Positions 35,351-41,465 of a stretch of DNA of 41,465 nt are shown here, piece after piece. The first letter of the stretch is position 1. Each line of letters starts with the position of its first letter. Location: assembly GCA_030648675.1 (NCBI GenBank), contig JAUSGV010000008.1:1-41465 (forward strand), in the 5' to 3' direction. The notes under the pieces were generated by a model. That model did no database searches. It was not told where the DNA came from and saw nothing but the letters and a program-made list of their open reading frames with translations. A program made the translations under genes and the position numbers. The DNA is from Dehalococcoidales bacterium (GTDB lineage Bacteria; Chloroflexota; Dehalococcoidia; Dehalococcoidales; UBA2162).

Positions 35351-35587
35351 ATGGAACTATTTGGTGAAATCCAGAGCATGATCGGCCAAAGACTTAGCGT
35401 CGACCCTGAAAAAGTGACCAGAGACGCTCATCTCCAGTTTGACCTGGGAGCTGATTCGCTGGCGATTTTGAACCTGTCAGCCGATATCAGCCGTAAATAT
35501 GGTATAGAGGTACTTGGCGAAGATATCGTGGAATTGGAGAACGTCGGTAAACTGGTTGCCTTGGTTGAGTCAAAAGTCGGTACTTAG
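35351..35587 (+). CDS. Acyl/peptidyl carrier protein-like (78 aa), non-canonical helix II
   Basis: The ATG at 35351 follows a GAGGAAAGG SD by 7 nt; the track start at 35273 has no SD. The DLGADSLAI motif provides the phosphopantetheine Ser. The downstream segment LNLSADISRKYGIEV lacks the acidic run of fatty-acid-synthase AcpP. Confidence 0.8.
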   Translation: MELFGEIQSMIGQRLSVDPEKVTRDAHLQFDLGADSLAILNLSADISRKYGIEVLGEDIVELENVGKLVALVESKVGT

Positions 35588-35666
35588 ATTGAAAGAATTT
35601 CACGATATTCTTCTTCATCACTGATTTTTTCCGGTCCTATTATCTATAAATATATGGAGGTGTCCG

Positions 35667-37412
35667 ATGGACTACCCGAGGATTATCAAAGGGCGTCTGG
35701 ATAGCTTTCGTGTAAAGCCAAATATTCCCGATTACCAAAAGATGCGTGATAATTTCAGGTGGGAAGAAATTTCTTCTGAACTTGCATGGTTCGACAATGA
35801 GCATATTAACATCGGACACGTCGCTGCGGATGCCCACCTGGAAACCGACCGCCGGAATAAAAAAGCACTTATATGGGAAAGCCAAAGAGGCGAAGTTGAA
35901 GAGTTCACGTTTGCGAATCTCGCAAAATTAAGTAATAAGTTTGCAAACATTCTGGTAAATGAGGCCGGCGTTCTTCGGGGAGATAGAGTTTTCTTCTTTC
36001 TTGAGCGCGTCCCTGAGATATTTGTCGGGATTTTAGGTACCCTCAAGGCCGGGGCTGTCTTTGGCCCGCTATTTTCAGCCTTTGGGCCCGACGCTGTCAG
36101 AGACCGTCTGTTCGACAGCAAGGCAAAGGTGCTGGTAACCAGTCCGTCGCTGAAAAGGAAAATCGCTGAAATCATTCCAGGTCTGCCGAACCTGGAAAAG
36201 ATTATCGTGGTCAACCGGAAAAATGATGTACTCGATGCTGACGACCTTTCTTACGAAGCGGCGATGGAGCGTGCTTCCGAAAACTTCCAAACTGTTCATA
36301 CCAATAAAGAAGACTACGCCATCATGCATTATACTTCGGGCACTACCGGGAAACCAAAAGGTGCCGTTCATGTGCACAACGCCGTTATCGGCCACTATGC
36401 TACGGCAAAATATGTTCTTGACCTTCATTCCGATGATATCTACTGGTGTACGGCTGACCCAGGCTGGGTAACCGGCACGTCATACGGAATGTTTGGTCCC
36501 TGGTCAAACGGTATTACTCAGTTCGTGTACGAAGGCGTGTTTAGCGCCAGACAATGGTACAAAATGCTTGAGAAGTGGAAGGTGACAGTCTGGTACACGG
36601 CCCCGACGGCTATTAGAATGCTGATGAAAGCCGGGGATGATTTGCCCGGAAAGTTCGATTTGAACTCTGTACGCCATGTCTGCAGCGTAGGCGAGCCGCT
36701 GAATCCGGAAGCCGTAATGTGGGGAGAACGGGTCTTAGGAAAATCCATACACGATAACTGGTGGCAGACTGAAACGGGGTCCATCATGATCGCCAATTAT
36801 GCGATCCAGGATATCAAACCGGGTTCGATGGGACGTCCTTTCCCTGGCATTACCGCCGGTATTATCGATGATAACTTCGATGAACTGCCCGCCGGCCAGG
36901 AAGGAAATCTTGCAGTAAGGACAGGTTGGCCTTCCATGTTTCGTACCTACTGGGGGAAACACGACTTGTACCAATCGCGCTTCAAGAAGGGGTGGTATAT
37001 AACCGGCGATAGGGCTCGCACAGATGACGAGGGATATTTTCATTTTATAAGCCGTGCTGATGACGTCATCAACTCGGCCGGTCATAAAGTCGGGCCGTTT
37101 GAAGTGGAATCGGTATTGATGGAGCATCCTGCAGTTGCCGAAGCGGGGGTTATCGGGAAGCCCGACCCGATAACTACGGAAGTGATAAAAGCGTTCGTCT
37201 CCCTTAAAAGAGGCTTCGAGCCAGGGGAAGATCTGAAGGAAGACATTAAAAGATTCGCCATGAAGCGCCTCTCAATGGCTGCTGCTCCCCGAGAAATTGA
37301 TTTTGTAGATTCCCTTCCTAAAACGCGCAGCGGCAAGATCATGCGCAGGCTTCTGAAGGCCAAAGAACTTGGGTTGCCACTAGGCGACACGTCGACTCTT
37401 GAAAACGATTGA
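35667..37412 (+). CDS. AMP-forming acyl/acetyl-CoA synthetase, Bacillus AcsA-like
   Basis: 581 aa with a GGAGGTG SD. Motifs: YTSGTTGKPKG, WCTADPGWVTG, WWQTETG, YITGD and the terminal LPKTRSGKIMRRLLKAKELGLPLGDTSTLEND. From memory, it is very similar end to end to B. subtilis AcsA. Confidence 0.88.
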   Translation: MDYPRIIKGRLDSFRVKPNIPDYQKMRDNFRWEEISSELAWFDNEHINIGHVAADAHLETDRRNKKALIWESQRGEVEEFTFANLAKLSNKFANILVNEAGVLRGDRVFFFLERVPEIFVGILGTLKAGAVFGPLFSAFGPDAVRDRLFDSKAKVLVTSPSLKRKIAEIIPGLPNLEKIIVVNRKNDVLDADDLSYEAAMERASENFQTVHTNKEDYAIMHYTSGTTGKPKGAVHVHNAVIGHYATAKYVLDLHSDDIYWCTADPGWVTGTSYGMFGPWSNGITQFVYEGVFSARQWYKMLEKWKVTVWYTAPTAIRMLMKAGDDLPGKFDLNSVRHVCSVGEPLNPEAVMWGERVLGKSIHDNWWQTETGSIMIANYAIQDIKPGSMGRPFPGITAGIIDDNFDELPAGQEGNLAVRTGWPSMFRTYWGKHDLYQSRFKKGWYITGDRARTDDEGYFHFISRADDVINSAGHKVGPFEVESVLMEHPAVAEAGVIGKPDPITTEVIKAFVSLKRGFEPGEDLKEDIKRFAMKRLSMAAAPREIDFVDSLPKTRSGKIMRRLLKAKELGLPLGDTSTLEND

Positions 37413-37426
37413 GCGAGGTAACCTTG

Positions 37427-38248
37427 ATGCTGCTTCCCGAGGATTTTTTCGACTTGCAGGAATACGAACACGGGGACGTATTTCAGCCCGATGCACCGGT
37501 GTGGACTGCACTCGACCGCTTACCCGCTTATATCGCTTCGTTTTTTAATAGGACATGGCCGCTATTTAACTACGTCGGGACTGTGGACAGGCCACTGGTC
37601 ATCATAGGCTCCACCGTACGGAACGACCTGGACATCCGTCCCTCGGGAGCCAATAACGTAGTTCAAGCTTTTGAAGGCGAAAGTCTCGTAGAAAACGCGG
37701 CTATTATCATGCCCGGCGCGTACCTGTTCGATAATAGAATTATTGTTGGCCCGCGCACCGTGATCGAACCAGGCGTGCTTATTAAAGGACCGACCATACT
37801 CGGCGCCGATACTAAAGTGCGTCAAGGCGCGTACCTGCGGGGTAATTGCCTTATAGGGAACCGCTGCGTCGTTGGCCACACAACGGAGATTAAGGGTTCC
37901 ATCATGATGGATGGAGCGAAAGCGGGCCACTTCGCCTACATTGGCGACAGCATCCTCGGCAAAGACGTAAACCTCGGGGCTGGCACCAAACTGGCAAATC
38001 TGAAAATCATTCCCGGACCGATTACAATTGCAGCTAACAGAAAACACTACAAAACTAACCGCCGCAAGCTTGGTGCTATCCTTGGCGACCGGACTGAAAC
38101 CGGTTGCAATTCAGTCGCTTCACCCGGCACGTTGATGGAGCGTGACTCTATCGTGTTTCCCTGCACCGCCGTACCGGGTGGATACTATCCGAGAAAATCT
38201 AATATCCGGCCGTCCCCTCCTTGCATTGAAATCGGAGATAGCCGTTAA
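37427..38248 (+). CDS. Left-handed beta-helix (hexapeptide-repeat) acyltransferase, GlmU C-terminal-domain-like, without a nucleotidyltransferase domain
   Basis: The ATG at 37427 lies 8 nt after a GAGG and 14 nt after the ligase stop. Hexapeptide repeats run from about IIVGPRTVIEPGVLIKGPTILGADTKV. GHFAYIGDSILGKDVNLGAGTKLANLK resembles the GlmU acetyltransferase core. The roughly 90-aa N-terminal region is not recognisable. Confidence 0.78.
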   Translation: MLLPEDFFDLQEYEHGDVFQPDAPVWTALDRLPAYIASFFNRTWPLFNYVGTVDRPLVIIGSTVRNDLDIRPSGANNVVQAFEGESLVENAAIIMPGAYLFDNRIIVGPRTVIEPGVLIKGPTILGADTKVRQGAYLRGNCLIGNRCVVGHTTEIKGSIMMDGAKAGHFAYIGDSILGKDVNLGAGTKLANLKIIPGPITIAANRKHYKTNRRKLGAILGDRTETGCNSVASPGTLMERDSIVFPCTAVPGGYYPRKSNIRPSPPCIEIGDSR

Positions 38249-38333
38249 GACGGGACCGCAAGTGCCAGATATCCTGTCATATTTTGAAAACATGGTTATT
38301 TGTTGAAATAGGCAGTCGAAAAGGCTTGTCAAA

Positions 38334-38714
38334 ATGAGAATAGAAGTAAACAAGTTTGGGATAGGAGTCGATATCGAAAATATCGACCGCTTCGCCGGCT
38401 CTGATTTTGTCCGGGATAGCGCAATTGTGAACAGTATATTTACCCAGAGTGAACAGGAATATTGTTTTTTGTATAAAATTGCCGCTCCTCATCTCGCCGC
38501 CAGGTATTGTGCCAAGGAGGCGATTACAAAGGCGCTGGCAAGTATCGGTACTAACGGCATCAATTACAAAGACATAGAAATAATCAACGAACAGGCCGGG
38601 CCTCCAGTGGCCGTAATTGAAAAAGAAGGCGTTCACGATTTGCAGGTATACCTTAGCCTTTCACATTGCAATGACAAGGCTGTGGCTTTCGCAGTTATCA
38701 TCCGGACAATCTAA
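38334..38714 (+). CDS. acpS: Holo-[acyl-carrier-protein] synthase (AcpS-type 4'-phosphopantetheinyl transferase)
   Basis: 126 aa with GIGVDIENIDRF, LAARYCAKEAITKAL and LSLSHCNDKAVAFAVI, the typical AcpS pattern. Confidence 0.85.
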   Translation: MRIEVNKFGIGVDIENIDRFAGSDFVRDSAIVNSIFTQSEQEYCFLYKIAAPHLAARYCAKEAITKALASIGTNGINYKDIEIINEQAGPPVAVIEKEGVHDLQVYLSLSHCNDKAVAFAVIIRTI

Positions 38715-38789
38715 TTTTTACCCTTGCCGGAATATGTAAAAACAATCATACCAACGATACTTCAGCAGACCGATGTCTCCCAAAATCGT

Positions 38790-39587
38790 TCACCGCGCAA
38801 AAATAACGCGGTTGACCGCTTTGGCGACGCCGCTGTGTTCGGCATCGAGGGTAACGTGGTGGGCGATCGCTTTCAATTCATCCGAAGCGTCACCCATCGC
38901 TACGGCGAAGCCCACCCTGGAAAGGATCGAGGCATCATTCGCCCCGTCGCCGACGGCCATCACTTCATCCAAAGCTATATCTATGAACGAAGTCAATATC
39001 TCGATGGCATTGCCTTTTGAAACCCCGGGGGCCAGGACGTTCACAAAATCAACGCCGGGAAAAGTGGGCGTCCGGTTCGTTGAAAAACAAAGGGTATCGC
39101 CGAATTGCCGCCGGAAAGAGGCGGCTTTTTTCTTTTCTGCCGCAGAACGGGCCACGATCGTCCCCTTGATAATTCTTTCTTCGCGCTCTATCAGGGCAAA
39201 ATCGGTGATAATCGGCTGGGAGTGGAACGCCTGTCGTCGGACATCCCCCATCCACGAATCCCGTTCGATAAAAAGCCGGTTGTCGGAATATAGCTCGATA
39301 TCGATCCCGCTGTCGTGAGCATAGGCGATTATCTTTTCCACCATAGCGGCCGATATCGGTTCGGCGAAAACCTCATGATTCAATTTCGGATCGCTGACTA
39401 GAGCCCCGTCGAAAGTAGTGTGGAAACCGTCCAGCCCCAGTTCGTTGATAAGAGGCAGACAGGCGGTAACCGACCGTCCGCTGGCAAGAGAAACCTTTAT
39501 TCCTGATGAAACGACCCGGGCTAGAGCTTGTTTGTCCTCGTCTGAAACTGTACCCCCCTTATTCAACAACGTACCGTCGATATCCAA
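38790..39587 (-). CDS. Cof-type HAD-IIB phosphatase (true start probably upstream of the track start)
   Basis: Motifs: DIDGTLL, SGR and the C-terminal GDG.ND. The track start is a TTG immediately before the nucleophile Asp. The in-frame upstream sequence encodes IENRIKLLVL, the expected first beta-strand, but has no ATG, GTG or TTG. Confidence 0.8.
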   Translation of the reverse strand: MDIDGTLLNKGGTVSDEDKQALARVVSSGIKVSLASGRSVTACLPLINELGLDGFHTTFDGALVSDPKLNHEVFAEPISAAMVEKIIAYAHDSGIDIELYSDNRLFIERDSWMGDVRRQAFHSQPIITDFALIEREERIIKGTIVARSAAEKKKAASFRRQFGDTLCFSTNRTPTFPGVDFVNVLAPGVSKGNAIEILTSFIDIALDEVMAVGDGANDASILSRVGFAVAMGDASDELKAIAHHVTLDAEHSGVAKAVNRVIFAR

Positions 39588-39727
39588 TACCAGGAGCTTA
39601 ATGCGATTTTCGATGGGATAATTCCTTTGCCGTGTAATTTCGCAGCTAGATCAATTCTTAACGCGAGCTTTACTATTATAGGCTACGCGACGTTATGTAA
39701 GCAACGCCAGGGTGTATACTGTACCCC

Positions 39728-40243
39728 ATGAACGGCGTCTTGACCAAACGTGATATCCGCAAACTTATCGAGCAAAATCCTCCGCTCATACAGGGTTACG
39801 TCGACCTCGAAACACAATTGCAGCCCAACGGCCTGGACATGACCGTTCGCGATATCGCTTCGATGGATAACGCCGGGCAGATCGCGGCCAGCGATAAAGA
39901 CAGGCGGGTCTCCAAAACCAGCCTCCTGAGTTTCGACGCTTTCGGTTTTATCGACCTAGAGCCCGGCCCTTACATGGTCACCTACAACGAGATCGTTACC
40001 CTGCCCGTAAACGTCATGGCACTAGCCCGCCCGAGGTCAAGTCTGCTCCGCTGCGGCGTTACGGTCGGAGCGGCAGTCTGGGATGCCGGGTACTCCGGGC
40101 GGTCGCAGTCGCTGCTGGTCGTATACAATCCGCACGGTTTCCGCCTGCAAAAGAACGCACGAATATTGCAGCTTGTTTTTTTTACGCTGACACAGGAAAC
40201 GCAAGGTTATAACGGAGCCTACCAGAAAGAAAACATCAAGTAG
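39728..40243 (+). CDS. dCTP deaminase/dUTPase-superfamily protein (probable dUTP diphosphatase)
   Basis: 171 aa with LQPNGLDMTV, RPRSSLLRCGV, VWDAGYSG and the QLVF pattern of the trimeric DCD-DUT fold. Confidence 0.75.
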   Translation: MNGVLTKRDIRKLIEQNPPLIQGYVDLETQLQPNGLDMTVRDIASMDNAGQIAASDKDRRVSKTSLLSFDAFGFIDLEPGPYMVTYNEIVTLPVNVMALARPRSSLLRCGVTVGAAVWDAGYSGRSQSLLVVYNPHGFRLQKNARILQLVFFTLTQETQGYNGAYQKENIK

Positions 40244-40324
40244 AGCCTAAAGGAGATAATGCATGAGTTTTTCCTTCAAGCAGACTTTGCTTCTTTTCCT
40301 TATTCGGTAGTTCTCGCGGAGGTC

Positions 40325-40810
40325 CTAGTCCAGAAAGCTGATTTCGGCTGAGGGTCTGGGCTTGGTGGAAACTTCGATTCCGCCGTCACGAAATAGAGCG
40401 ACAAACTTGTCGTCGGCATATTTCCCGAAACTGACGAACCGCTTGATGCGGGCGTTAACCAGCATCTTGGCACAGAGAACGCACGGCGTGTGCGTGCAAT
40501 AGATGGTGCAGCCTTCCAGGCTGACGCCGTGTAACGAAGCTTGAATGATGACGTTCTGCTCGGCGTGGATACCGCGGCAAATCTCGTGTCTCGTCCCTGA
40601 GGGAATGCCGAGTTCGTCACGCATGCAGCCCAGGGAAAGACAATCCCTGGCCCCGGCCGGCGCCCCGTTATATCCGCTGGCCAGTATATGCTTGTTGACC
40701 ACCGCCACCGCTCCCACCATATGCCGCTGGCAGGTGGCCCGCTCGGCCACTACCGAGGCGATCTTCAAGAAATACTCATCGACGTCCGGTCTGGTTACTC
40801 TTCTACTCAT
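40325..40810 (-). CDS. Deoxycytidylate (dCMP) deaminase, ComEB-type
   Basis: 161 aa with the zinc motifs HAEQNVI and PCVLCAKMLVNA. Confidence 0.9.
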   Translation of the reverse strand: MSRRVTRPDVDEYFLKIASVVAERATCQRHMVGAVAVVNKHILASGYNGAPAGARDCLSLGCMRDELGIPSGTRHEICRGIHAEQNVIIQASLHGVSLEGCTIYCTHTPCVLCAKMLVNARIKRFVSFGKYADDKFVALFRDGGIEVSTKPRPSAEISFLD

Positions 40811-41351
40811 TTTTTATCCTGGCGATTACGTTTTTCGTGCTTTCTATAAGGTTGGGCAGCGATAACTCGTTGAGAATGGTATAATCGGCCACGGATATCG
40901 GGCCGCTTTTGTTCAGTTTTTCGATTTCCGCTCTGTCGCGGCTGGCGGCTTCCACCGCTGTCAGAGGGCGCACCCGCCTTCCGGCCAATCTTGCCTGCCT
41001 TGTTTTTGGTGAAGCCCAAACCGCGACCACGCAGAACTTGTCGCCGTAGTGCTCCTCGAGGAAGAGATACTCTTCCCAGGAATAGAGACCGTCGATGACT
41101 ACGTCGCCCGATTTGAGCGCCGCATCGATTTTAGACTGGTTCAATATCGCGTATGCGGCCATGCCCATTTCGACTCTTAGCTGCTCGCGTACGGCTCGCT
41201 CGTTGGCCTCGTTAAGCGGCAAGCCCCGCTTTTTCACCTCTTCATCGGTGACGTCGCCGAACCTGATCCGCGTAAAGCCGCTGCTTTCGAAGAGCCGGGC
41301 TACTTCCGATTTTCCGGCTCCGGTCATGCCTACGATAGCTATTACTTTCAT
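40803..41351 (-). CDS. P-loop nucleotide/nucleoside kinase-like protein (dephospho-CoA-kinase-like, UPF0200-like)
   Basis: 182 aa with Walker A (IVGMTGAGKSEV). Its size and layout match small NMP-kinase folds. Its stop overlaps the dCMP deaminase start by 8 nt (ATGAGTAG). Confidence 0.65.
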   Translation of the reverse strand: MKVIAIVGMTGAGKSEVARLFESSGFTRIRFGDVTDEEVKKRGLPLNEANERAVREQLRVEMGMAAYAILNQSKIDAALKSGDVVIDGLYSWEEYLFLEEHYGDKFCVVAVWASPKTRQARLAGRRVRPLTAVEAASRDRAEIEKLNKSGPISVADYTILNELSLPNLIESTKNVIARIKNE

Positions 41352-41465
41352 GGCAAAGACCTATTATATAAGCCGTGGGGATAAATGACAACGAAAATTT
41401 AAACGAATGTTAATGTTCTACGATTTTGTCAGTAGTCAATTGTTCAAGGAAAATGTCAGTCATGG

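Noticed and set aside
40263-40310. A 15-codon ORF (MSFSFKQTLLLFLIR) 7 nt after a strong AGGAG, just downstream of the dUTPase-like gene.
   Set aside because: It is too short and has no supporting feature. It lies in the convergent 3' spacer, where the AGGAG may be fortuitous. No conservation test is possible from this window.
1-41465. Mobile genetic elements, prophage, defence islands or toxin-antitoxin pairs.
   Set aside because: No transposase, integrase, recombinase, restriction-modification, Cas, abortive-infection or phage structural signatures were found in any frame I read. The only stand-alone methyltransferase (10935..11636) lacks DNA-methyltransferase motifs (no DPPY or PC-type catalytic motif) and has no nuclease partner.

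Overview
This 41.5-kb window is a densely coding stretch of bacterial chromosome with no rRNA, tRNA, CRISPR array, transposase or integrase that I can see. All calls come from reading motifs in the supplied translations and in my own translations; no BLAST, HMM or Rfam search was run. The taxonomic impression is an uncultivated Chloroflexota/Dehalococcoidia-like genome, but that is inference only.

Gene order:
- A partial MoxR ATPase on the minus strand at the left edge.
- A Trp T-box leader followed by trpEGDCF, which runs straight into valS.
- A housekeeping block: a hypothetical protein, PolX, a SAM methyltransferase, secA, prs, glyA, a Nox/CoA-disulfide-reductase-type flavoprotein, a family-4 UDG, RNase J and ftsK.
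- A looser accessory stretch: cupin, DUF2061-like protein, MBL lipoprotein and mscL.
- A minus-strand five-gene unit: two GH130-like genes carrying three catalytic domains, a USP, an unannotated 50-aa basic ORF and a Rieske protein.
- An N-terminally short rlmN-like gene, then uvrB.
- A compact carrier-protein module: ACP-like protein, AcsA-type AMP-ligase, GlmU-C-like LbH acyltransferase and AcpS.
- A Cof-type HAD phosphatase and a pyrimidine-dNTP gene group.

Most worth a second look:
- the self-contained ACP/ligase/LbH/PPTase cluster (35.35-38.71 kb);
- the GH130 operon with its zinc-ribbon fusion and the ATGA-coupled micro-ORF;
- a beta-clamp-like QLNLF tail on the UDG;
- several families of short hairpin repeats that fill almost every intergenic gap, one of which has left a footprint inside ftsK.

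The ORF track translates TTG and GTG first codons as M and reports the longest ORF, so several starts were moved to a downstream ATG that has a Shine-Dalgarno (SD) sequence.
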